Assembly (NCBI GenBank): GCA_033551855.1
Contig: JAWSUI010000017.1
Location: 1 to 64,000 of the forward strand
Direction: 5' to 3'
Length of the DNA stretch: 64,000 nucleotides
DNA from: Deferrisomatales bacterium
GTDB lineage: Bacteria; Desulfobacterota; Deferrisomatia; Deferrisomatales; JACRMM01
Positions 1 to 8,675 of the stretch are shown here, piece by piece. Positions within the stretch are counted from its first letter, which is position 1, and the number at the start of each line of letters is the position of its first letter. The position numbers and the translations under genes were made by a program. The notes below the pieces were generated by a model, which was not told where the DNA came from, did not search any database, and saw only the letters and a list, made by a program, of their open reading frames with translations.

Positions 1-84
1 GCCGACCTGGCGCTGACGAGCACTGCGGGTCCAGGGGCTTCATAGGGCGCTTACGTTGTTCGGGCCCTGGAAGTTCCTCATGAA

Positions 85-711
85 GTGAACCTTAAGGGCA
101 TCATATTGGGAAGGATCGGGGACATCTCTGCGTCCAAACACTCGCTGACTGCCTTCTCTGATTGCGTGGCCATCTCGACGATCGCGACCGAGCAAGGTCT
201 AATGAACCTGCTTTTTCATGTTCGCGCGATTCTATTTCGCCTGCTTCGACTTGGATTCCTTGCTCGCGGTGGGATCGCACGTGGGCCCTTATACCACCAG
301 GACGGCAAGTTACTTGGGCCAGCCATGCTGGAAGCATACAGGCTCGAACGTCATGTGGCGACTTTCCCTCGAGTCATACTCGGGTCCACCGTCGTAGAAA
401 CCGGGCTCGCGGCTGCGGCCCCGGTGGATCTGATATTTCGCCGCATGATTAGCCGGAGCGAGGACGGGCTATACATGGTCGACCCCCTATGGGCGCTCAA
501 GATGGCCGCCGAATCGGAGACCGGTTTCGTTGGCGAATGGGACGAGTTGGTGAGTGGAATCAGAAGGTTCCTTGCCGATGAGGAGTCCCGTTTCGAGTCG
601 AACCCCGAGAAGTCAAAGGAACTCTCCTATGTTCGGTGGTTTCGGAAGCACTTCGAGGACGCAACTGATAGAAGCTGGATCGATGAGATGAGGGCGCCTT
701 ACCCGAAGTAG
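85..711 (+). CDS. Cassette ORF, nucleotidyl-cyclase-like (class III fold) hypothetical protein; N-terminus possibly lost
   Basis: Motifs FSDC...RGGIARG...GPAMLEAYRLE...FPRV. Followed by an attC. In-frame TAG at 43-45 upstream of the GTG start. Confidence 0.5.
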   Translation: MNLKGIILGRIGDISASKHSLTAFSDCVAISTIATEQGLMNLLFHVRAILFRLLRLGFLARGGIARGPLYHQDGKLLGPAMLEAYRLERHVATFPRVILGSTVVETGLAAAAPVDLIFRRMISRSEDGLYMVDPLWALKMAAESETGFVGEWDELVSGIRRFLADEESRFESNPEKSKELSYVRWFRKHFEDATDRSWIDEMRAPYPK

Positions 712-740
712 CTGGGGTCGGGCAGTTCACGCGATAGGGC

Positions 741-816
741 CGCGAACCAGCCGCTCCACCGGACGGCCTCCAGCGCTGGCGCGCTTCCGGCCACGCGGTG
801 AGTGGCGCCGTTATGC
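741..816 (+). mobile_element. attC site 1
   Basis: R'' CGCGAAC 741-747; arms GCCGCTCCACCG / CGGTGAGTGGC with one unpaired base; R' GTTATGC 810-816. Confidence 0.85.
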
Positions 817-853
817 ATTGAGGAGATCGCATCACTCTGCATAGTCTGAAAAA

Positions 854-2320
854 ATGGTGCAGATCCGAAAAAGGAGTTTGTTGCCCATGCCCAAGGTTGC
901 ACGCACATTCTTGTTTATCCTTATGGGGCTGTTCCTGGCAGGATGCCTGCTTGTTTTACTTGCCTGGCTGTTTATTGATTCTGACGACTTCAAAGGTCAT
1001 CTGGAGAAAACCGCCTCCCAGGCTCTGGGAATGAAAGCAGAAGTCCAAGGCTCGTCCCAGGTCCTGCTGTGGCCTGTACCCGGACTGCGGTTCGAGGATG
1101 TTGGCATCAGCAAAGGCGATTCTGACTGGCTTAAAGCCTCGGCATTGGAAGTCCGGGTTCGGATAATGCCCATGATCCGTGGCCAGCTGGAATTGGCCTC
1201 TCTATATCTGGTGGAACCTAACCTCCGCTTGGAGCGGATTGAAAAAGAAATATTCAACTTTATTCCAGACCATGAGCCTGAGGAATCAGGACAGGCAAAA
1301 CCTTTGACCATACGAAGCTTTAAGGTTTCAGATCTCAACCTGTCCTTCACCGACCAAATTTCCGACAAACGGATAACAGTTGAAAATTGTGACTGGACCG
1401 GACACGACCTGGAATGGAGTCCATCCCAGGCGGATAGACCTCAATTGACTCTGCCGGACTTCCACAGCAATCTGACCTGTAGCCAAATCACCTCCTCGAA
1501 CCTGGAAGCGACCGGAGTAAAGGCCAAAATATCCGGTCAAAGCCAGCAAATAATGATCGGCCAAGTGACCGGACGGTTGCTCGGTGGGGCGTTTGCAGGT
1601 TGGATGAAGAGCGATTTTGCCAGATCCCGTCCCCGTTATTCCCTTGAGCTTGAACTGGTCGATTTCCAGATCGAACGGTTCATTAAAACCTTCCGGGAGG
1701 AAAAAGGGGCTGAAGGTACAGCGACATTCGTCACCCAGCTCACTTCATCCGGCAAATCATCCTCTGAAATGGTGGCCAGCCTGAATGGCCAGGCAGAGAT
1801 TACAGGAACAGATATTATTCTGTATGGATTAAATATTGACGAACAGCTGGCCAACTATGAGTCCACCCAGCAGTTTCAGCTTGTGGATGCGGCGGCCTTT
1901 TTCGTGGCAGGTCCGCTGGGAGTCGCCATTACCAGAGGCTACGGCTTTGCCAGTCTCTTCGCTCATACCGGTGAGCAGACCCAGATCCGGGAATTGGTTT
2001 CAAAATGGGACTTTTCAGATGGTGTGGCCAAGGCCCAAGATGTAGCCTTCTCAACTGCAAAAAGCCGAATCGCGCTGGAGGGTGGTATTGATTATGCGAA
2101 CTCACAGTTCCAGGACCTGAAGGTGGCAGTGGTTGACCCTGAGGGTTGCGCGGTAGTTGAACAAGCTATTCAGGGGGACTTTCACAACCCCAAGGTGGAC
2201 ACTCCCAACTTCCTGGTAGCCCTGGCAGGACCGTTTATGGGCATAATAGAAAAGGGGGTAGGGCTGTTCACAGATAAAGAATGTGATCCGTTTTATACCG
2301 GCCGGGTTGCACCGCCATAA
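854..2320 (+). CDS. AsmA-family protein (gene cassette)
   Basis: N-terminal TM anchor, beta-rich body, AsmA-like C-terminus (IQGDFHNP). Stop codon lies inside the R'' box of attC2. Visibly lower GC than the backbone. Start may be 887. Confidence 0.8.
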   Translation: MVQIRKRSLLPMPKVARTFLFILMGLFLAGCLLVLLAWLFIDSDDFKGHLEKTASQALGMKAEVQGSSQVLLWPVPGLRFEDVGISKGDSDWLKASALEVRVRIMPMIRGQLELASLYLVEPNLRLERIEKEIFNFIPDHEPEESGQAKPLTIRSFKVSDLNLSFTDQISDKRITVENCDWTGHDLEWSPSQADRPQLTLPDFHSNLTCSQITSSNLEATGVKAKISGQSQQIMIGQVTGRLLGGAFAGWMKSDFARSRPRYSLELELVDFQIERFIKTFREEKGAEGTATFVTQLTSSGKSSSEMVASLNGQAEITGTDIILYGLNIDEQLANYESTQQFQLVDAAAFFVAGPLGVAITRGYGFASLFAHTGEQTQIRELVSKWDFSDGVAKAQDVAFSTAKSRIALEGGIDYANSQFQDLKVAVVDPEGCAVVEQAIQGDFHNPKVDTPNFLVALAGPFMGIIEKGVGLFTDKECDPFYTGRVAPP

Positions 2321-2383
2321 CAACAGGCTCGACGAGGATGTGCGGAAAAAGTGCCCGCACACCTGTCAGCCTGAACGTTAGGA
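2315..2383 (+). mobile_element. attC site 2
   Basis: R'' CCATAAC 2315-2321; arms CAGGCTCGAC / GTCAGCCTG; R' GTTAGGA 2377-2383. Confidence 0.9.
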
Positions 2384-2386
2384 ACC

Positions 2387-2983
2387 ATGAAGAGGAATAA
2401 CCCACCGATGCTATTGCACCAGCAATCTATTCGGATCTTGGCCGACTACAGTCAGGAGGCTGGATGGAACAAGCACTGTTTTGCCGTCGCACATGCGGCG
2501 GCAAAAGTTGGCCATGTTTTGTTAAAGAAGCGTCCAATTGACTGTGCCTTTCTCTGGTCTGCAGCTCTGCTGCATGACATTGGGAGATACCTAACACACG
2601 ACCCATTACTTCATGGCGTCGAGGGCTACAAACTGCTATCGATGCTGGGACATGAAAAGGAAGCCCACGTCTGCGCGTCGCACATTCTTTTCGGCCTCAA
2701 TGCGGCAGAGGCCACCCATCTGGGCTTGCCCGATCGCGACTTCGTGCCACGCACTGTTGAGGATAAGCTCGTGCCGCTCATCGATTACCTGATTGAGTAT
2801 GACCAGCCTACCACGCTAAACAGTAGATTTTCGTCGTTGCGGAAGCGCAATGGCGGCAACTCGTTTTTCTTGGATAGGCTTGGGCGCGCCTACGAGACTG
2901 CAAGACTATTCATGACACAGATCGAAGAGGAGATCGGCGAATCCATAGAGAGAATTGTCGCGTCGCAAGAGAACTGTTCCTAA
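2387..2983 (+). CDS. HD-domain (HDIG) phosphohydrolase (gene cassette)
   Basis: KHCFAV...ALLHDIGR...HGVEG...ASH...LID; begins 3 bp after attC2; stop lies in attC3 R''. Confidence 0.85.
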   Translation: MKRNNPPMLLHQQSIRILADYSQEAGWNKHCFAVAHAAAKVGHVLLKKRPIDCAFLWSAALLHDIGRYLTHDPLLHGVEGYKLLSMLGHEKEAHVCASHILFGLNAAEATHLGLPDRDFVPRTVEDKLVPLIDYLIEYDQPTTLNSRFSSLRKRNGGNSFFLDRLGRAYETARLFMTQIEEEIGESIERIVASQENCS

Positions 2984-3052
2984 CAAATGCGTCAACGCAA
3001 ATTGCCAACTCCGCTGTGCTCCGTTGGCAACCGGTTACGCATCGCGTTGGGC
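2978..3052 (+). mobile_element. attC site 3
   Basis: R'' TCCTAAC 2978-2984; ATGCGTCAAC / GTTACGCAT; inner stem TTGCCAAC / GTTGGCAA; R' GTTGGGC 3046-3052. Confidence 0.9.
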
Positions 3053-3334
3053 CGACAGGCGCAAGGACGGTGTTCCGCGCAACTCGAATGAGCGATATCG
3101 CGTGATCGGCTTCGGCGAGAAAGGCAGCTTCACCTGATCGGTCGCCGACCATCGGTGCGCCATGGTTGCGGAGGCGAAAGACGCCTCCCAGCCCGCGCTC
3201 GTTCCCAGTCGGGAGACCGCCACAAGGCAGCTCCCCCTCGAACCGCCGCCGCGCCGCCGTCAAAGCGTAGCCCACCTCACGAGGCTCGGTCGAACGCTGA
3301 CAGGGCCTCTCTCCGGCAAGATCCCAGGCATGCT

Positions 3335-3375
3335 TTGACGGATGGGGCCGTGTAGAATAACATGTCGTCCTACAC
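3335..3375 (+). promoter_or_regulatory. Sigma70-type promoter with candidate operator at the head of the defence operon
   Basis: TTGACG 3335-3340, 17-bp spacer, TAACAT 3358-3363; inverted repeat GTGTAG (3350-3355) / CTACAC (3370-3375) brackets the -10. Confidence 0.65.
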
Positions 3376-3411
3376 ATGACCGCGAAACGGACCACGAACA
3401 GGACGGCCAGC

Positions 3412-3623
3412 ATGGCCCATGCGGACCCCGGCATCCCCGCGCTGGTCAAGGAGCTCCGTGAACGGCTCCACCTAACCCAGGAGCAGTCGCGCAGAAGGTC
3501 GGCGTCACATACAGCACGGTGAACCGCTGGGAGAACGGGAACCGCATGCCCCAGCCGTTCCTGGTCCGACGCCTCCTGGAGTTGAAGGCGGAACTGGACG
3601 GTAGCCGGGGGAAGGTCCGGTGA
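3412..3623 (+). pseudogene. XRE-family HTH regulator (controller-like), frameshifted
   Basis: MAHADPGIPALVKELRERLHLTQEQ, then a 1-nt loss at ~3487, then AQKVGVTYSTVNRWENGNRMPQP...*. TGA overlaps the hsdM GTG. Alternative in-frame ATG at 3376. Confidence 0.8.
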
Positions 3624-5632
3624 ACCACTTCGGCGACAAAGTCAGCTTCATCTGGTCGGTCGCCGACCTGCTGCGCGGCCCCTACCGGCCGAACCAGTAC
3701 AAGGACGTCATGCTCCCCATGACGGTCCTGCGGCGGCTGGACTGCGTGCTGGAGCCGACGAAAGACAAGGTCCAGGCCAAGCTCAAGACCCTCGAGGGCG
3801 GCAAGGTCAAGAACGTCGAGCCGCTCCTCTGCCGGGTGACCGGCGTGCCCTTCTTCAACACCAGCCGTTACACCTTCGAGAAGCTCAAGGGCGACCCCGA
3901 CAACGTCGCGGCGAACCTCACGAACTACATCAAGGGGTTCTCCGGCCGCGCCCGCGAGATCATCGAGCACTTCGGCTTCGAGGAGCACATCGCCAAGCTC
4001 GACAAGGCCGACCGCCTCTTCCTGCTCGTCTCGAAGTTCTGCGAGATCGACCTCCATCCCGACCGCGTCTCGAACCTCGAGATGGGCTACATCTTCGAGG
4101 AGCTGATCCGGCGCTTCAACGAGGCGTCGAACGAGGAGGCGGGCGACCACTTCACGCCCCGTGAGGTCATCCGCCTCATGGTGAACCTGCTCTTCCTCCC
4201 CGACAGTGCGACTCTGACCACCAAAGGGATCGTCAAGACGCTCTGCGACCCGGCCTGCGGCACGGGCGGCATGCTGTCCGTCGCCGAGGAATACGTCCGC
4301 GAACTCAACCCCGACGCGCGCCTTACGGTCTTCGGCCAGGACTACAACTCGCAGGCGTACGCGATCTGTGGCTCGGACATGATGATCAAGGGCCACGACA
4401 TCGACAACATCCGCTTCGGCGACAGCTTCACGAACGACCACCTGGCCGGGAAGCGCTTCGACTACCTGCTCGCCAACCCGCCCTTCGGCGTGAAGTGGGA
4501 GGCCCAGCAGGACTTCGTCAAGCGTGAGCACGAGAGCCAAGGCTTCGGTGGCCGCTTCGGCCCCGGCCTGCCGCGCATCAACGACGGCTCGCTGCTCTTC
4601 CTCTTGCACATGATCAGCAAGATGAAGGACCCGAAGGACGGCGGCACCCGGCTCGCCATCGTCTTCAACGGCTCGCCGCTTTTCACCGGGTCGGCCGGCT
4701 CCGGCGAGAGCGAGATCCGCCGCTGGATCATCGAGAACGACTGGCTCGAAGGCGTCGTCGCCCTGCCCGACCAGCTCTTCTACAACACCGGCATCTACAC
4801 CTACCTCTGGATCGTCACTAACCGGAAGGCCAAGCAGCGCCGGGGCAAGGTCCAGCTCGTCAACACCGCGAGCTTCTTCAAGAAGATGCGGAAGAGCCTC
4901 GGGAACAAGCGCCATGAGGTCTGCGAGCCTCAGCGCGACGAGATCACGCGCATCTACGGCGAGTTCAAGGAGGGCGAGCACGTCCGCATTTTCGACAACG
5001 AGGACTTCGGCTACCGCCGGATCACGGTCGAGCGGCCGCTCAGGCTGAACTTTGCCGCCACGCCCGAGCGCCTCGCCGCGCTCGAGGCGGACTCGGCATT
5101 CCAGGCGCTGGCCGCGAGCAAGAAGCGCAAGGACAAAAAGGCCGCCGAGGCCGAGATCGCCGCCGGGCGTAAGCAGCAGCAGGTGATCCTCCAGGCGCTG
5201 AAGCCCGTCGCGGCGGGGGGCGTCGTCAAGAACCGCGAGGCGTTCACCGAGACGGTCAAGGCGACCCTCAAGCGCGCCGGCGTCAGGGTGCCGGCCGCCT
5301 TGCTGGGCAGGATCCTGATGGCCCTCTCCGAACGGGACGAGACCGCGGACGTCTGCACCGACTCGAAGGGCAACGTCGAGCCGGACCCCACGCTCCGCGA
5401 CTACGAGAACGTGCCGCTGAAGGAGGACGTCGCGGTCTACATGGCGCGCGAGGTTCTCCCGCACGTTCCCGATGCCTGGGTGGACGAGTCGAAGACCAAG
5501 ATCGGCTACGAGATCGGCCTCAACCGCTACTTCTACACCTACACGGCGCCGCGCCCGCTCGCGGAGATCGAAGGCGAGCTGAAGCAGATCGAGCAGGAGA
5601 TCGCCGACATGCTGGCGGAGGTGACGGAATGA
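3620..5632 (+). CDS. hsdM: Type I restriction-modification methyltransferase subunit M
   Basis: SFIWSVADLLRG N-terminus, DPACGTGGML (motif I), NPPF (motif IV, N6-adenine). Confidence 0.97.
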   Translation: MNHFGDKVSFIWSVADLLRGPYRPNQYKDVMLPMTVLRRLDCVLEPTKDKVQAKLKTLEGGKVKNVEPLLCRVTGVPFFNTSRYTFEKLKGDPDNVAANLTNYIKGFSGRAREIIEHFGFEEHIAKLDKADRLFLLVSKFCEIDLHPDRVSNLEMGYIFEELIRRFNEASNEEAGDHFTPREVIRLMVNLLFLPDSATLTTKGIVKTLCDPACGTGGMLSVAEEYVRELNPDARLTVFGQDYNSQAYAICGSDMMIKGHDIDNIRFGDSFTNDHLAGKRFDYLLANPPFGVKWEAQQDFVKREHESQGFGGRFGPGLPRINDGSLLFLLHMISKMKDPKDGGTRLAIVFNGSPLFTGSAGSGESEIRRWIIENDWLEGVVALPDQLFYNTGIYTYLWIVTNRKAKQRRGKVQLVNTASFFKKMRKSLGNKRHEVCEPQRDEITRIYGEFKEGEHVRIFDNEDFGYRRITVERPLRLNFAATPERLAALEADSAFQALAASKKRKDKKAAEAEIAAGRKQQQVILQALKPVAAGGVVKNREAFTETVKATLKRAGVRVPAALLGRILMALSERDETADVCTDSKGNVEPDPTLRDYENVPLKEDVAVYMAREVLPHVPDAWVDESKTKIGYEIGLNRYFYTYTAPRPLAEIEGELKQIEQEIADMLAEVTE

Positions 5633-6990
5633 CCTATCGCTCGCCTGAGGTCAAACCCTGCGAGATCCAGTGGCTCGGCACGATGCCGTCCCACTGGTCG
5701 TGCCGCCGCCTCAAGCACATCGCTTCGGTCGCGCTCAGCAGCGTCGACAAGAAGTCTCACGAGCAGGAAGAAGCCGTCCGGCTGTGCAACTACGTGGACG
5801 TGTACTACCACGAGCGGATCACGTCCGAGCTGGACTTCATGCAGGCGACCGCCACTCCCGACGAAGTGCGGCGCTTCACCCTGCGCTCCGGCGACGTGCT
5901 CATCACGAAGGACTCGGAGGCATGGGACGACATTGCAGTCCCGGCGTACGTGCCTGCTGACATCGAAGGCGTGCTGTGCGGATATCACTTGGCGCAGGTG
6001 CGCCCGCTCAATGGGCTGGTCGATGGGGAGTACCTCTCACGGGCCTTCGCAGCCCGAGGCATCAACGACCAGTTTCGCATTGCTGCCAACGGCATCACGC
6101 GGTTCGGAATCGGTAAGCACTGGATCGACAACTCGCTGTTCTTGCTTCCTCCTGTCGACGAGCAGCGCGCCATCGCCGCGTTCCTGGACCGCGAGACGGC
6201 GCGGGTCGACGCGCTGATCGAGAAGAAGCGCCGCCAGATCGAGCTGCTCCACGAGAAGCGCGCCGCCCTCATCAGCCACGCCGTCACCAAGGGCCTCGAC
6301 CCGACCGCCCCGATGAAGGACCCGGGGATCGACTGGCTTGGCCGCATCCCTCGCAGTTGGCGCGTGCTTCAGTTTCGCAGAGTCATCGGCGCGCTGGAGC
6401 AGGGTTGGAGCCCGGTTGCCGAGGATCGGGAGGCCGAGGCGGAAGAGTGGGCGGTGCTCAAGATCAGCGCGGTCGCACAAGGTTGCTTTCGGCCGAGTGA
6501 GCACAAGGCTTTGCCGCCGAGCCTTGAGCCTGAGATGCGCTACGAGGTTCGACCAGGCGATTTGCTCCTGACCCGCAGCAACACACCGGAGAAGGTCGGG
6601 GACGCGTGTTACGTCCGAGAGACGCGGCACCGCCTGCTGATGAGCGACCTAATCTATCGAATACACCTGGATCAGCGGACCTGTCTCCATCCCTACGCCT
6701 GTTACTGGCTGATCAGCCGTCCAGGTCGCGCCGCAATCGAGGCGGACGCTCGTGGAACCAGCGGCTCGATGGTCAAGATAGCCCAGAGGCACATCCGCGC
6801 GTGGCCTTTCCTCGTTCCGCCGGTGGAGGAGCAGAGCGCGATCGTGCGGTACCTGGATCGGGAGATGAGCCGGCTCGGAGTCATCGCCGGCAAGATCGAG
6901 ACGAGCATCGACCGCCTCCGCGAGTACCGCACCGCGCTCATCTCGGCCGCCGTAACCGGCAAGCTCGACGTGCGGGAGGCCATCGCATGA
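5629..6990 (+). CDS. hsdS: Type I R-M specificity subunit S
   Basis: Two TRDs separated by conserved PPxxEQxAI...ALISxAVT repeats; ATGA overlap with hsdM. Confidence 0.95.
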   Translation: MTYRSPEVKPCEIQWLGTMPSHWSCRRLKHIASVALSSVDKKSHEQEEAVRLCNYVDVYYHERITSELDFMQATATPDEVRRFTLRSGDVLITKDSEAWDDIAVPAYVPADIEGVLCGYHLAQVRPLNGLVDGEYLSRAFAARGINDQFRIAANGITRFGIGKHWIDNSLFLLPPVDEQRAIAAFLDRETARVDALIEKKRRQIELLHEKRAALISHAVTKGLDPTAPMKDPGIDWLGRIPRSWRVLQFRRVIGALEQGWSPVAEDREAEAEEWAVLKISAVAQGCFRPSEHKALPPSLEPEMRYEVRPGDLLLTRSNTPEKVGDACYVRETRHRLLMSDLIYRIHLDQRTCLHPYACYWLISRPGRAAIEADARGTSGSMVKIAQRHIRAWPFLVPPVEEQSAIVRYLDREMSRLGVIAGKIETSIDRLREYRTALISAAVTGKLDVREAIA

Positions 6991-8675
6991 GAATCACGAA
7001 GGTCCGCATCGAGAACTTCAGAGGCGTGAGGGAGCTTGAACTCGACCTCGACGAGACCACGGTATTCATCGGTGAGAACAACTCCGGCAAGACGTCGGTG
7101 CTCGACGCACTTCGACTGTGCCTGCGCGAACTCGGTCCAAGACGGCGCGTCGTTTTCGACAGCTTCGATTTCCATCTCAAGGACGGTGCGGCCGAACCGC
7201 ACTCGGCGGATCCTCTTCGCGTCGAGATCAGCTTCTCCGAGCAGTCGGACGGCGAATGGGATGATCCCCTCGTTGGCCGTCTCAACCGCAACAAGATCCT
7301 ACAGGTTGATGCCAGCGGTCTGCGACACGTCGTACTACGTGTAACGTGCGCCTACGACCCGACAAGCCGTGACTTCGCCCAGGATTGGACCTTCCTCAAT
7401 CTCGATCGTCAGCCGTTGACTGCGGTGTCCGAGACCGCGTTGCTGGCGCTTCAACGAGAGGTAGCCTTCTTCTACCTGACTGCGCTACGCGACGCGGCCC
7501 GGCACTTCGATGCCAAGGGTCCGTTCTGGCGACCGTTCCTGAAAGACAGCCAGCTCTCGCCCGAGAAGAAGGCCGAGATCGAGCAGAAACTAAGGGAGAT
7601 CAACGATCTTGTCGTGGCGTCCCACACGAGCTTCGAACAAGCGAGGGAGCGACTCGGCAACGTGCAGAACGTCGTCCCGATGGCAGGCGGGGACGTCGTG
7701 TCGATCGAAGCGGTGCCGGGACGGATGTTCGACATGCTCGCCAAGGCACAGATCCATCTCGGCGCATCCAGCGGAGCGAAGGTGCCGGTCGGCAGGCACG
7801 GCGAAGGGACCCAGAGCCTCGCCGTCCTGATGCTCTTCTCGGCATTCCTGGATGCGTGGCCGAACGGTACCCCCGTCGTGGCGCTCGAGGAGCCCGAAGC
7901 GCACCTTCACCCCTCCGCTGTCCGCGCGTTGTGGGACATTCTCGGTGTCATCGGTGGCCAGAAGTTGATCTCGACGCACAGCGGAGACCTGTTGTCCGAG
8001 GTCGATGTCCACAACGTCCGCCGTCTCGCCAGAAAGGAGGGACAGGTTCGGGCGTTTCGGGTGCCTCCGACGCTGCTTTCCGATGAGGACACAAGGAAGT
8101 TCAACTATCACGTGCGCAGGTCGCGCGGCGAGCTGCTCTTCGCGCGGTGCTGGCTTCTGGTCGAAGGGGAGACGGAAGCTTGGATCTTCCCTGCTGCTGC
8201 TCGTGCTCTTGCGCTCAGGCTCCACCGAGACGGTGTACGGGTCGTCGAGTACAGCCAGTCCGATGTTGGGCTGCTGGCCAAGGTCGCCAACTCGCTTGGC
8301 ATACCCTGGTACTGTGTTGTGGACGATGACTCCGGTCGAGATCAGTACGAGCCCAAGGTGAAGGATAACCTCGCCGGTGCTTCGGATGCCGACAGGCTCT
8401 GCCTGCCGTACCGGAACATCGAGACCCATCTTCTCGAAAATGGCTATGACGCGATCTATGGGCAGCACATGCCCGAACAGAATCTCGCAAAGGTGACCAA
8501 GAACCCGGGCGACGCGGGCTACTGGGCCGAGTACGCACACCACCTCCCGGGCAGGGCCAAGACACGAGCCGCCGCTAACGTAGCCGTCGAGATGGAGTCG
8601 CGAGGGGAGAGGGGCGTCACAACCGAGTTGCGCTCGGTCTTGGAGAAGGTCGTCGCCTTGGCGGAGGGCGGATGA
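6987..8675 (+). CDS. OLD-family ATP-dependent endonuclease (ABC ATPase + TOPRIM), GajA-like
   Basis: MRITKVRIENFRG, GENNSGKT, EEPEAHLHP, STHS, TOPRIM VEGETE and DDD; start taken as the ATG overlapping the hsdS stop. Confidence 0.9.
   Translation: MRITKVRIENFRGVRELELDLDETTVFIGENNSGKTSVLDALRLCLRELGPRRRVVFDSFDFHLKDGAAEPHSADPLRVEISFSEQSDGEWDDPLVGRLNRNKILQVDASGLRHVVLRVTCAYDPTSRDFAQDWTFLNLDRQPLTAVSETALLALQREVAFFYLTALRDAARHFDAKGPFWRPFLKDSQLSPEKKAEIEQKLREINDLVVASHTSFEQARERLGNVQNVVPMAGGDVVSIEAVPGRMFDMLAKAQIHLGASSGAKVPVGRHGEGTQSLAVLMLFSAFLDAWPNGTPVVALEEPEAHLHPSAVRALWDILGVIGGQKLISTHSGDLLSEVDVHNVRRLARKEGQVRAFRVPPTLLSDEDTRKFNYHVRRSRGELLFARCWLLVEGETEAWIFPAAARALALRLHRDGVRVVEYSQSDVGLLAKVANSLGIPWYCVVDDDSGRDQYEPKVKDNLAGASDADRLCLPYRNIETHLLENGYDAIYGQHMPEQNLAKVTKNPGDAGYWAEYAHHLPGRAKTRAAANVAVEMESRGERGVTTELRSVLEKVVALAEGG

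Noticed and set aside
3053..3330. Possible extra attC or small gene at the start of the giant cassette
   Set aside because: No AAC...GTT-bounded palindrome with paired L boxes found by eye; the short ORFs lack RBS or motifs.
3446..5464. Long antisense or alternate-frame ORFs (e.g. 3446-5464, 12087-14636, 12262-14649, 46215-48638, 51901-54468, 61581-63647)
   Set aside because: Shadow ORFs of high-GC coding sequence; they overlap well-supported genes and carry no motifs.
6606..6986. N-terminal extensions in the ORF track (OLD from 6606, hsdR from 12040, Crp from 32674, MoxR from 31744, radical SAM from 38573)
   Set aside because: They overlap upstream genes; better starts with coupling or RBS lie downstream, so these are not real fusions.
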